In this document: positions 29,137-38,286 of the stretch, one piece after another | How the letters are laid out: each line of letters starts with the position of its first letter | Numbering within the stretch: position 1 is the first letter of the stretch | NCBI GenBank assembly: GCA_036264375.1 | Contig: DATARB010000066.1 | Coordinates: 41,536-105,535, forward strand | DNA: 64,000 nucleotides | From: Pseudolabrys sp. | Lineage (GTDB): Bacteria; Pseudomonadota; Alphaproteobacteria; Rhizobiales; Xanthobacteraceae | Direction: 5' to 3' | Notes under the pieces: model-generated | Databases searched by the model: none | Seen by the model: the letters and a program-made list of their open reading frames with translations, nothing else | Told to the model about the DNA's origin: nothing | Program-made: the position numbers and the translations under genes

Positions 29137-29269
29137 TTCGATTCGGCGTTAAGAGTACGGATACCGTGTTGCTAGCCGCAACTCCTTGGCATTTGCTTAA
29201 GGCGGTCGTCGCACATGCGTTGTACAACCGTCATGCAGGGCAGTGTGTTAATCCAGGCTAACGTCGCGC

Positions 29270-30121
29270 TCAGGCGCCAGGCTTGGCCTGTGTATGCGCC
29301 GCCTGCAACGCCGCCGGCAGGGCCACGCTCATCGAATCCACCATCGAGGTCGGAATGAGGATGGTGGCGCCCCGCTCTTTGGTCGTCTCGTAGATGATGT
29401 TCATGGCGCGCAGATGCAGCGCCGCTGGGTTGCTGCCGTAGGTCTCGGCGGCCTGGACGAACTTGGCGGCGATCTCGGCCTCGGCCGACCCTAAGATCAC
29501 GCGAGCTTCCTTTTCGCGCTCGGCCTGCGCCTGGCGCGACATGGCGTCCTGAAGCGCGACGGGGATGGCGACATCGCGGATCTCGACCGAGTTCACCGAG
29601 ATGCCCCAGTCGTCGGTCTTGCGCGCAATCTCGGTGCGCAGGAGTTCGTCCGCGGCCTTGCGCTCCGAGAGCAGCGCCGAGAGCATCGAGGAGCCGATCA
29701 TCTCACGCAGCGAGGTCTGCGCCACGCGCTCGACGGCGCCGCGATAATCCGTGATGTTGAGCGCCGCGCGCTGCGCGTCGTGCACGTGCCAGAACACGAT
29801 GGCATCGACGTTGACCGGGACGGTGTCGCGCGTGAGCGCCGACTCCGCATTGAAGCCGGTTGTCTGGATGCGCTCGTCGATCACCGCCGTGATGCTGTCG
29901 ATGATGGGGATGATGACGAAAAGCCCCGGGCCCTTGACGCTCGACAGCTTACCGGCGCGCAGGATGACGAAGCGCTCCCAGTTGTTGGCCATCTTCAGCG
30001 CATAGGCAGTGAACACCGCGAGGATGCCGACGCCGATGGCGGCAGGAAACTGTTGCATCAAGAACAGCAGCACCGCGACGGCGGCGAAGATAATGGTGAC
30101 GAGCGCGGTGATCGGATTCAT
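29270..30121 (-). CDS. SPFH/stomatin (slipin) family protein
   Basis: GPGL..IIP, TRD.V.V.VDA, AQTSLR, VEIRDV, QAQAERE. Confidence 0.9.
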   Translation of the reverse strand: MNPITALVTIIFAAVAVLLFLMQQFPAAIGVGILAVFTAYALKMANNWERFVILRAGKLSSVKGPGLFVIIPIIDSITAVIDERIQTTGFNAESALTRDTVPVNVDAIVFWHVHDAQRAALNITDYRGAVERVAQTSLREMIGSSMLSALLSERKAADELLRTEIARKTDDWGISVNSVEIRDVAIPVALQDAMSRQAQAEREKEARVILGSAEAEIAAKFVQAAETYGSNPAALHLRAMNIIYETTKERGATILIPTSMVDSMSVALPAALQAAHTQAKPGA

Positions 30122-30233
30122 GGGGAAGGCCTCCGCCTAGCGAGGATTGAGCCGCGGCGTGGTCGGCGACAACGCCGGCTCTGGAGATACATCCAATACG
30201 CGAAACCACAAAGTGGCGGCGGCCGGCAACGCA

Positions 30234-31589
30234 TCACGACCGGTTTCCGACGGCCATCCTGCGCAGCGCCAGGAGGCGCTGTTCGAGCTCACGCTTCAAC
30301 TGATACTCGGGACGGCCAAACGACGTGTTGCGGCTGGCGATGAACGCGTGCTGCTCACGCCGCAACCGCGCCACGCCGGCGCGATCGAGCTTGGCGAGCG
30401 CCGCCTTATAGGCGTCGTCCAATTGGCGATCGAGACGGACGAGGTCGGGATCGGAGCAGATCGCCTTCTCGACGGCGAGCTTGGCCTTGCGGCAATTAAA
30501 CGTCGGCAGAGTGTCATCTCCCGAGACCATGGCGCGCCGGTCGCGCTCCTGCCGCAGGTCGGCGAGGTCCTCGGCCGCGGAGTCCAGCCGCGGGTCGATG
30601 CGCAGCACCTGCTCGAGATCGGCAATGGCATGGTCGAAATCGCCCTTGGCCCGAAAGGCGACGGAGCGATTGTTGTAGGCCAGATAAAAGCCGGGATTGA
30701 GCTTCAGCGCGCGGTCGTAGTCGGCGATGGCGCGATCGACGTCGCCCTTCTTCTGATAGGAGTCGCCGCGATTGGTCAGAAAATTCGCCTGCGGCTTGAG
30801 GCGGATGGCCTCGTTATAGTCGGCGATGGCGCGGTCATAGTCGCCGTTTTCCGCATAGGACAGACCGCGATTGTCGAAATATTCCGCCACCTCCGGATCG
30901 AGCTTGATCGCTTCGCTCTCATCGAGGATGGCGCGGTCGGTGCGGCCGAGCTTTTTGTAGGCGGCGCCGCGATTGGTATAGGCGCGTGCGCGCTTGGGAT
31001 TGAGCTTGATCGCCTCGTCATAGTCCTTGATCGCGCCTTCATAGTCCCTTTTGAAATAATGGGCGACGCCGCGGTCCATGAAAGCCTGTGCAGAGGTCGG
31101 ATCGAGCCGCACCGCCTCGGTATAGTCGGCAATGGCGCGGTCATATTGACCGTTGTTATTGAACACGTTGCCCCTGGTGTCGAAGCCTTCGGCATTGTCG
31201 GGATCGAGCCGCACTGCCTCGTTGGTGTCGGCCAGCGCGCGGTCAAGATTCCCGGAGACGCGATAGCTTTCGGCCCGCTCGCGGAAAGCACGCGCGTTCT
31301 TCGCATCGAGCGCAATGGCCCGGTTAAGATCGGCCAGGGCGAGCGCCATCTTGTTGATGTAGAAATTGGCGGCGGCGCGGTTGACCAAGGCCGCCGCCAG
31401 CGCCTGCGGCGAATCTTTGGCATCGGCGATCAGCGCGGTGCAGGCGGCGACACGCTGCTCGGGCGACACGGCGTCGTCATCGCCGGCGGCGCAGATCCCG
31501 GCATTGGCATTCGATTGCGCCATCGCGGCGGGCGACCAAAACGCACCAAACAGACACGCGACGGCAAACAACGGCACGGTATAGCGCAT
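30234..31589 (-). CDS. Exported TPR-repeat protein with C-terminal LprI-like domain
   Basis: Signal peptide, about 8 NRG...D.AIADY..A..L.P repeats, PTFNC.KA...EKAIC.D..L..LD. Confidence 0.85.
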   Translation of the reverse strand: MRYTVPLFAVACLFGAFWSPAAMAQSNANAGICAAGDDDAVSPEQRVAACTALIADAKDSPQALAAALVNRAAANFYINKMALALADLNRAIALDAKNARAFRERAESYRVSGNLDRALADTNEAVRLDPDNAEGFDTRGNVFNNNGQYDRAIADYTEAVRLDPTSAQAFMDRGVAHYFKRDYEGAIKDYDEAIKLNPKRARAYTNRGAAYKKLGRTDRAILDESEAIKLDPEVAEYFDNRGLSYAENGDYDRAIADYNEAIRLKPQANFLTNRGDSYQKKGDVDRAIADYDRALKLNPGFYLAYNNRSVAFRAKGDFDHAIADLEQVLRIDPRLDSAAEDLADLRQERDRRAMVSGDDTLPTFNCRKAKLAVEKAICSDPDLVRLDRQLDDAYKAALAKLDRAGVARLRREQHAFIASRNTSFGRPEYQLKRELEQRLLALRRMAVGNRS

Positions 31590-31708
31590 GGATGCCCCCC
31601 ACAGGCGATTGCAGTCCGGTGTGAACGCGCCTCTCCTCTGTCGCGCCAGCCGCGAAAAGGTTCAGCCGCCGTCGTCGAGATTACCCGGCGCCGGGACGCC
31701 GGCAAGGC

Positions 31709-32476
31709 TCATGCGCTTTTCGCCTTCGCTTCCCGCAGGTGCGGGAAACGCTCGCTGACCAGCGAACCGGGGTAATAGGTCGGCGCAAAGGCCGGCTGGG
31801 CGCGGATGGCCTCGAACCAGGCGACGACGCGCGGCAGATCCTGCCACGCGTCGCTCATGCCGAGATCGTCCATGCGCACCAGCGCCGGCATGATCGCCAC
31901 GTCGGCGAGCGTGATGTGCCTGCCAAGCAGCCAGGGGCCGCCGCTCTTCTCGATCTCGGCCTGCATGCGCTCATAGCTGCGGCGCAGGCGGCCGAGCGCC
32001 GCGTCCATCTCGGCCTTGGGGAAGCCGGTCTGGCCCATGGTCATCATGAACTCGCGGCGCAGCGGCTTCGACTCGGCGAGCGCGATGAACTCCTCACGGG
32101 TCATTTTCTGGAAACGCGGCAGGAAGGCGAGATTGTAGGTCGGCACGCGCACCGAAGCGGCCGGCATCTCGTCGGCGAAATGCATCAGCGCGCGCATGCG
32201 CGCGCGCACCACCGGGGATTCGGGCGTGAAGCTCTCGTCCGGGATCACCTCATCGAGGTATTCGGTGATGACAGTGGAGTCGGTGATGATCGCGCCGTCA
32301 TGGTCGAGCGTGGGCACGACGCCATTCGGATTGAGCTTGAGGTAGTCCGGCTTGAGCTGGTCGCCCTCGAGCAGGTTGAGCTTCACCTCGGCGAAAGGCA
32401 GCTTCTTGGCGTTGAGCACGAAGCGCACGCGCTGGCTGCACGTGGATTGCGGCGCGTTGTAGAGGGTGAACGGCAT
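31709..32476 (-). CDS. Glutathione S-transferase family protein
   Basis: STCSQRVR, LNPNGVVP, DS.VI.EYLD, TLADV. Confidence 0.9.
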   Translation of the reverse strand: MPFTLYNAPQSTCSQRVRFVLNAKKLPFAEVKLNLLEGDQLKPDYLKLNPNGVVPTLDHDGAIITDSTVITEYLDEVIPDESFTPESPVVRARMRALMHFADEMPAASVRVPTYNLAFLPRFQKMTREEFIALAESKPLRREFMMTMGQTGFPKAEMDAALGRLRRSYERMQAEIEKSGGPWLLGRHITLADVAIMPALVRMDDLGMSDAWQDLPRVVAWFEAIRAQPAFAPTYYPGSLVSERFPHLREAKAKSA

Positions 32477-32597
32477 TTCAAGCTCTCCGGTCGCATGAGC
32501 GCGCCGGATGATGCATCAGCATTGCCGCGTAAATCCAGGGGCTTATTTTACAGCCAATTTACTTGTGACAAGTCCAGGGGACCGCTTGAGTGGGGTC

Positions 32598-32696
32598 GTG
32601 CGCAGTCGCCGTTTTCCTCCCAACTTCGGCTAAAACGGCGGCATAGAATCCTCCACCTCATGCACACAGGGCCCCGCGGTGGGGCCCTCTTTTTTT
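32598..32696 (+). ncRNA. Candidate small RNA with anti-SD (CCUCC) loops and intrinsic terminator
   Basis: GTCGCCGTTTT/AAAACGGCGGC stem with CCTCCC loop, second CCTCC, then AGGGCCCC/GGGGCCCT stem and T7. Confidence 0.55.
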
Positions 32697-32861
32697 GCGG
32701 TGTGACTGTGACGCGCAACGCACCCGCTTTCGTGCTCTCCTTCGTAAGCGCGGGCTCAATATTCCCCGCCGTAGCAAAAATTTCCCACAAACAGCGCTGG
32801 AATAGGACAAGCCGTGCGGCATTTGTCTCTCGGAACTACCAACCACAACCTGGAGGATTTC

Positions 32862-33248
32862 ATGAAAAAGTCTCTCGTATCCGTCGTGGCCATCGCGGCG
32901 ATCCTTGCCGCCGGCACGGCTTTCGCGCAGATGGCGCCGGCCAAGACCGGCGACAGCAGCAAGGGCAAGGTGCTGACCAATAGCACCGGCATGACGCTCT
33001 ACACCTTCGACAAGGATGCCGGCGGCAAGTCGGCCTGCAACGGGCCTTGCGCCAGCAACTGGCCGCCGCTGATGGCCTCGGCCGATGCCAAGCCCGCGAG
33101 CAGCTACACCATCATCGCGCGCGACGACGGCAGCAAGCAGTGGGCCTACAAGGGCAAGCCGCTCTATACGTGGAAGAACGACAAGGCGCCGGGCGATATT
33201 ACAGGCGACGGCTTTGCCAACGGCGCCTGGCACATCGCGCAGCCGTAG
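32862..33248 (+). CDS. Secreted Y-X4-D repeat protein (COG4315)
   Basis: Signal peptide, GMTLYTFDKD, C...CA.NWPP, QWAYKGKPLY.W..D. Confidence 0.9.
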   Translation: MKKSLVSVVAIAAILAAGTAFAQMAPAKTGDSSKGKVLTNSTGMTLYTFDKDAGGKSACNGPCASNWPPLMASADAKPASSYTIIARDDGSKQWAYKGKPLYTWKNDKAPGDITGDGFANGAWHIAQP

Positions 33249-33284
33249 TTGTTGCATTCGACTGGCATCGCTGCGCGCGCTCAT

Positions 33285-33310
33285 CCCCTCTCCCCTCGAG
33301 GGAGAGGGGG
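33285..33310. repeat. Left arm only of a CCCTCTCCC-family REP
   Basis: CCCCTCTCCCCTCGAGGGAGAGGGG hairpin. Confidence 0.6.
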
Positions 33311-33380
33311 CCTTTCAAGTGGCCGGCGTGCCCAAAGTGTTTTCTAAACGCGTCATCGATGCTTGCTGTACGCAACCAGT

Positions 33381-34646
33381 CTATTTTCCAATTGCCCGAG
33401 CTTTCTTGAGATCATCGTGCTCAAAGGCCGACGCCATTCGGTCGATTTCAACGCGGCTGAGCCCCGCCTTTTCCGCTGCCGCCCGCCAGGTCGAAACGAC
33501 ACTCCCGATCTCGGCGGCAATTGCGCGGGCATCCTTACTCTTCAGCCCAAAATACTCCGCCGCCGCGAAGGCGAGATCGATAGACGCGCTCGGATCATCC
33601 GGATCAATGGAGGTTGAAAGGACACGCGGCTTCACGTCCACCGGCACGGGGTTCATGTCGTAAGCAGGCGACAATCGCCATCCCGCAGGCCCTTCATAGA
33701 GGAAGCCATGATTGCGCAAATGGTCGTCGGTGTTCGAAATCAGGACATTAAAAACGATCCTTCGCCAGAGTTGCTGCAAATCCTTGTTTGGCGCGGCTCC
33801 GGTCTGCCGCAGCGCTTCGGCGATTTCGAGATAGCTGTGCGGCTCGTTGTCCAATGCGCCCAACATGCTCATCGCCGATACAAACGGAATGCGCGCACCG
33901 CTTTTTTTTCGGTCAAACCGTTGAAGGATCAGCGCCGCCTTGTTCCCCACGGGCTCAACCCGCGACTGCGGCACTGTGACGCCAGCGGAAGCGGCGAGAC
34001 TGAGCGCAACACTTTCCCAATGAACGATGTCGGAGCTATCATCGCGGTGCGGAAACTTCGCGATGGCGAGGTTATTGCCGTCACGGACGGAAGCCTTGGG
34101 CCGCGCGCCGCCAAGCGAAGAGCCCGGCGCAATCAGGAGACGAAGGTCTTCTTCATCTTCCTTTTCTTCGATCACGCGCTCGGTCGCGGACAACAGGCGG
34201 TTCAATTCCACAATCGGCGGAATCCGGTACTTCCCCGGCTCCGCGAGGAACGGTCCGCCTTCTTTCTCGGCAAACCGCAGCGCGCCCGCGCGCACCTCGT
34301 CATCGACGAGCAGCAGGAAATCCATTTCAAATAAGGTTCGCGGGGCGCGCTTCTCGCGCTCTGCCGCCTTGCGCTCCGCGCGGCGCATCAGAACGCGGCC
34401 CCAGCGGTCCGGCGCGGAGTCGCCGATAGCACCGAACATCGGCCTGTCGGTGCCGCTGTGATAAGGGCCTGGCGCGAGGATCAGTGCGGGCTCGAGCGCA
34501 AACCGATCTGCACGCGCGAGCCAGCCCGCGTCATACTCGAAGCTTGCGCTCTCTCGCCCTTTGCGAATGCGGAACCACAACCGGCCCACCAAGACAGGAG
34601 CGTCCGGGAAATCCATATAAACGAAGGCTTCGCGCTCCATGCTCAA
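33381..34646 (-). CDS. hipA: HipA-family kinase toxin
   Basis: N-terminal coupling domain (DSAPDRWG), GSSLGGARPK, KFP, DDHLRNH, LSPAYD; start TTG 34646 or ATG 34640. Confidence 0.88.
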   Translation of the reverse strand: MSMEREAFVYMDFPDAPVLVGRLWFRIRKGRESASFEYDAGWLARADRFALEPALILAPGPYHSGTDRPMFGAIGDSAPDRWGRVLMRRAERKAAEREKRAPRTLFEMDFLLLVDDEVRAGALRFAEKEGGPFLAEPGKYRIPPIVELNRLLSATERVIEEKEDEEDLRLLIAPGSSLGGARPKASVRDGNNLAIAKFPHRDDSSDIVHWESVALSLAASAGVTVPQSRVEPVGNKAALILQRFDRKKSGARIPFVSAMSMLGALDNEPHSYLEIAEALRQTGAAPNKDLQQLWRRIVFNVLISNTDDHLRNHGFLYEGPAGWRLSPAYDMNPVPVDVKPRVLSTSIDPDDPSASIDLAFAAAEYFGLKSKDARAIAAEIGSVVSTWRAAAEKAGLSRVEIDRMASAFEHDDLKKARAIGK

Positions 34647-34990
34647 TCCTCGTTTTTAGTCTTGCGGGCGCGTGGCGAGGACAGCCGAATGCGTTGGGGC
34701 AGATGCTCCTCTTCGAGCTCAAGGCCCGCATCGTCATGGCGCACGTCAGCAAGATCGCCGATGCGGCTCGTCAGCCCCAAAACAAAGAGCACGGTCGCGT
34801 AAATGCCGAACTGGACGCCTGGGTCCCCCTTTTCGACCTTCCCGAGGGTCGTCCGGCTGATCGAGGCGCGCTGCGCCATCGTTGCCGTCGGAATGCGGCG
34901 CCGGCGGCGCGCATCGCGGATATCCTGCCCCAGCTTGCGCAAGGCGCGCGTGACTGGAAGGGGCAGAGACGGGCCGGTTCTCGCAGGCAT
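34643..34990 (-). CDS. XRE-family HTH protein, probable HipB-like antitoxin
   Basis: LG..IR.ARRRR....MA.RA.ISR.TL.KVEKG; overlaps the hipA start; alternative start 34999. Confidence 0.82.
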   Translation of the reverse strand: MPARTGPSLPLPVTRALRKLGQDIRDARRRRRIPTATMAQRASISRTTLGKVEKGDPGVQFGIYATVLFVLGLTSRIGDLADVRHDDAGLELEEEHLPQRIRLSSPRARKTKNED

Positions 34991-34993
34991 AAC

Positions 34994-35050
34994 GTCCATT
35001 CTTATGGTCTATAAAGGCCATATTGTCCATTTTTATGAACGCTAAGTCAA
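34994..35050 (-). promoter_or_regulatory. Sigma70-type promoter with two palindromic operators
   Basis: Minus strand TTGACT-17 nt-GACAAT; GTCCAT-N4-ATGGTC (34994-35009) and GTCCAT-N4-ATGAAC (35025-35040). Confidence 0.68.
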
Positions 35051-35076
35051 GAAAGAGGCTGCTGTCTCGGACGTGC

Positions 35077-35140
35077 TTCCTCCCGATGCTCGGCAAGAGC
35101 CCTCCAGCTGCCCCCCTCTCCCTCAAGGAGGGGACAGGGG
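35077..35140. repeat. Degenerate right arm of a CCCTCTCCC-family REP
   Basis: ...GCTCGGCAAGAGC...CCCTCTCCCTCAAGGAGGGGACAGGGG. Confidence 0.45.
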
Positions 35141-35183
35141 AAGCGCGCAAGCGGCGGCGGATACCGCGCAAAAAATCATGCCC

Positions 35184-35214
35184 AAAAAAAATGCCCCGCT
35201 TTCGCGGGGCATGA
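35184..35214 (-). terminator. Intrinsic terminator built on a REP-type hairpin
   Basis: Minus strand TCATGCCCCGCGAAAGCGGGGCAT followed by T7. Confidence 0.7.
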
Positions 35215-35235
35215 TGATGATTCAAGAATTCACGC

Positions 35236-35331
35236 TGTCGTCCAGGGCGAGCAAAGCGAGGCCCGGGCCCCATACTCCGCAGTCCATCGATCGCGCGGGG
35301 CGTATGGGTCCCCGCCTTCGCGGGGACGACA
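35236..35331. repeat. REP-like heterodimer
   Basis: TGTCGTCC...CCCATAC...GTATGGGTCCCCGCCTTCGCGGGGACGACA. Confidence 0.78.
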
Positions 35332-35340
35332 CAAGAAAAC

Positions 35341-36297
35341 TTACTGCTCCAGGCCCGTCGGGACGTTCTTGTTTTCCGACTCGAGCTTCATGCCCGCGGC
35401 GAGCGCCATGGTTTCGAGCAGCGCCGCGAAGTCCTTCTGCAGGTACTCTTCCGGATTCTTCTGCAGCGTGGCGGCGCCGAAATGCGTCTGCAGCACTTCG
35501 CGCGTCGCAGCCGTGATCGGCATCGGCACGTCGATCTCGCGGGCGAGGTTGAGACCGAGCTCGAGATCCTTGCGCAGCAGTTCCGGCGTAAAGGTCGTGG
35601 TCCAGTCGAGATTGACCAGCGCCGGCGACTTGTAGCGCGTGAACATCGAGCCCATCACGCCGTTGTTCAGGAAGTTCAGAAAGGCGTGGCGCGGCACGCC
35701 CATCTTGTTCACCAGCAGCGTGATCTCGATCAGGTTCTCGATCACCACGCCGAGCATGACGTTGTGCGCGATCTTGCAGACGCGCGCGAGCTCGCCGTCA
35801 CCGACGTAAGACACGCCCTGCGGCGCCACGATTTCCAGGAGCGGCGTGACCGCCTTGCAGGTCGCTTCCGGACCGGAGATCACCGTCGACAACTTGCCCG
35901 CCTTGATCACCTTGGCGTTGCCGGACACGGGTGCGCAGATGTAGTCGGCGCCGCGTTCCTGGATGCGCTTACGGAAATCAGCGGATTCCTCGACGGCGAT
36001 GGTCGAGCAATCGACCACCATCTTCGGCGTCTTGCCGCCGGAAAGCACGCCGTCCGTACCGAAATAGACCTGATCGAGGTCCTTGCCCTCGGACACGATC
36101 GAGAAGACGACATCGCAATCGGCCAGTTCGGAGAGTTTGCTGGCGATCTTGCCGCCGTGGGCAGCAAGCGGCTCGGCCTTCGCGCGCGTGCGGTTCCAAA
36201 TCGTTACGTCATGGCCGGCCTTGAGCAGGCGCTCGGCCATGGGCGACCCCATGCGGCCGGTGCCGATCCAGCCGATCTTTTGTGCATTCTTCGACAT
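35341..36297 (-). CDS. NAD(P)-dependent oxidoreductase, beta-hydroxyacid dehydrogenase family
   Basis: GWIGTGRMG..MA, WNRT, DCST, APVSG, catalytic K...N. Confidence 0.88.
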   Translation of the reverse strand: MSKNAQKIGWIGTGRMGSPMAERLLKAGHDVTIWNRTRAKAEPLAAHGGKIASKLSELADCDVVFSIVSEGKDLDQVYFGTDGVLSGGKTPKMVVDCSTIAVEESADFRKRIQERGADYICAPVSGNAKVIKAGKLSTVISGPEATCKAVTPLLEIVAPQGVSYVGDGELARVCKIAHNVMLGVVIENLIEITLLVNKMGVPRHAFLNFLNNGVMGSMFTRYKSPALVNLDWTTTFTPELLRKDLELGLNLAREIDVPMPITAATREVLQTHFGAATLQKNPEEYLQKDFAALLETMALAAGMKLESENKNVPTGLEQ

Positions 36298-36530
36298 CCC
36301 GAAACTCTCCCGTTGAAACAATTGCGGCATTGGCGCCGTCATGCCCGGGCCTTTACCTTTTCTCGCGCCATTTCGCCAGAGGCGGAACACATTCGGGGCA
36401 AGTCCGCGGGCCTGCTTGTGGTCCGCGTTCAAACCGCTATCCTGCGTCGCAAGAGCGGCCAAAAGGCCAACCGCGCAACGGCCCACCAAGCGGCCGGCGG
36501 TATAAAGACATAGGGAGGATGCGGGCGCCC

Positions 36531-37364
36531 ATGCCGGATGCCGTCAGCACCATTGCCGTCGCCGGTATCGACGGCGGCGCGGCGCACCGCGCCAGCGAAC
36601 GCTTGCGCGTGATCGCGCGCAATGCATTTCCATTCATCGTCGTCGGCGCAATCTGGGAGATCGTGGCCCGGGCCCACGTGTTTCCGGAGAAGCTGTTTCC
36701 CACGCTCGAGACCGTGGCGGGGACATTCGTTACCCTCACCCTCAACGGCATCCTGCTGCATCATACCGTGGAGACGGTGATCCGGCTGCTGTCGGGCTTC
36801 GCGCTCGCCGCCGTGTTCGGCGTTGCCATCGGCGTGCTGATGGGACGCTCGCGGCGCGCCGAGGACATCTGCCTGCCGCTGGTGAGCATCTGCGCGCCGA
36901 TCCCGGGCCTCGCCTACGCGCCGTTGTTCCTGCTGTGGTTCGGGCTTGGCGATGTGTCGGCAGTGCTGCTGGTCGGCTTTGTCTCGGCCTTTCCGATCAT
37001 CTTCAATAGCTGGACCGGCGTGAAGGCCGTGAAGGAGATCTGGCTGCGTTCGGCGCAATCGATGGGCGCGAACGACCCCAAGATGTTCCGCCACGTGATA
37101 CTCCCCGGCGCGCTGCCTTACATCCTCACCGGCTTGAGGCTCGGGCTGGCGCAGGCTTGGCGCATTCTCGTCGCGGTTGAAATGCTCGCCGCCGTACCGT
37201 GGGGATTGGGCTGGCTGATTTTCGGCGCCCGCAAGTTCCTCAACACCGACGCGATGCTTGCCGGCATCGTCGTGATCGCGGTGATCGGTCTCGCGCTGGA
37301 GAAGCTCGTGTTCCAGAAGATCGAAAACTACACCGTCGTGCGCTGGGGAATGGTGGCCGCATGA
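36531..37364 (+). CDS. NitT/TauT ABC permease
   Basis: PIPG.A..PL..LWFG, MGA....VILPGALP, VAVEM. Confidence 0.9.
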   Translation: MPDAVSTIAVAGIDGGAAHRASERLRVIARNAFPFIVVGAIWEIVARAHVFPEKLFPTLETVAGTFVTLTLNGILLHHTVETVIRLLSGFALAAVFGVAIGVLMGRSRRAEDICLPLVSICAPIPGLAYAPLFLLWFGLGDVSAVLLVGFVSAFPIIFNSWTGVKAVKEIWLRSAQSMGANDPKMFRHVILPGALPYILTGLRLGLAQAWRILVAVEMLAAVPWGLGWLIFGARKFLNTDAMLAGIVVIAVIGLALEKLVFQKIENYTVVRWGMVAA

Positions 37365-38152
37365 ACGAGCAGGCAAAGAGCATGCGCTCATTCATCCGCG
37401 GCGGCCTCACCATCCTCGCGGCCGCGGCCGCGTATGAGATCGTCGCGCGCAGCGGCGCCTTTCCGGCGGTGCTGCTGCCGACCATCCCGACCGTCGCGGT
37501 GACGCTCTACGGCATGATCATCGACGGCAGCATCATCGAGCACGCCGCGGCCACGCTCTACCGCGTGCTGTTCGGCTTCGGCTTGGCCGTGGTGGTCGGC
37601 ATTCCGCTCGGCATCTTGATGGCGCGGTTTTCGGCGGTGGAAGGCTTCTTCCTGCCGCTGGTGAGCGCGCTGATGCCGATCCCTTCTTTCGCGCTGGTGC
37701 CGCTGTTCATGCTGTGGTTCGGCATCGGAAATCTCACCACGATCCTGATCGTGTTCTACGCCGCGACCTTTCCCATGGTGTTCAACACCTGGTCGGGGGT
37801 GCGCTCGGTCAATCCCTTGTGGCTGCGCGCGGCCGGCGCCATGGGCGCCGACGAGAACAGTTTGTTCTGGAAGGTGATTATCCCGGGCGCCTCGCCTTTC
37901 ATCATCGCCGGCATGCGGCAGTCTTTCCTGCGCGCCTGGATCGGCGTGATCGGCGCCGAGATGATCGCCGCCTCGGACTGGGGGCTCGGCTGGGTGATTT
38001 TCGACGCCAAGGAGTTCCTGAACGCCGATGTGATGCTGGCCTCGCTGGTCGTGATCGGCGCCATCGGCTTCCTGACCGAACGTCTGGTGTTCGGTTCTAT
38101 CGAGAAAGCCACCGTCCAGCGCTGGGGCATGGTGCGGGTGGCGAAGGGCTAG
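37361..38152 (+). CDS. NitT/TauT ABC permease (second subunit)
   Basis: PIPS.ALVPL..LWFG, MGA, GAEMIA; ATGA overlap with upstream gene. Confidence 0.9.
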   Translation: MNEQAKSMRSFIRGGLTILAAAAAYEIVARSGAFPAVLLPTIPTVAVTLYGMIIDGSIIEHAAATLYRVLFGFGLAVVVGIPLGILMARFSAVEGFFLPLVSALMPIPSFALVPLFMLWFGIGNLTTILIVFYAATFPMVFNTWSGVRSVNPLWLRAAGAMGADENSLFWKVIIPGASPFIIAGMRQSFLRAWIGVIGAEMIAASDWGLGWVIFDAKEFLNADVMLASLVVIGAIGFLTERLVFGSIEKATVQRWGMVRVAKG

Positions 38153-38166
38153 AGGTGTTCAATGCT

Positions 38167-38247
38167 CCGCTCGTCCCCGCGAAAGCGGGGACCCAGGAGC
38201 ACCACGGCAAGCGACCCCTGGATTCCCGCTTTCGCGGGACTGAGCGG
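38167..38247. repeat. REP-like element (CCGCTCGTCCCCGCG family)
   Basis: CCGCTCGTCCCCGCGAAAGCGGGGACCCAGG...CCTGGATTCCCGCTTTCGCGGGACTGAGCGG. Confidence 0.88.
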
Positions 38248-38286
38248 GGGATGTAAGGGCGGCGACGAAAAAGGCGGCAGGCGAGC

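Noticed and set aside
30600-31400. Repeated GATCGAGCCGCAC / TAGTCGGCGATGGCGCG DNA motifs
   Set aside because: Explained by TPR protein repeats
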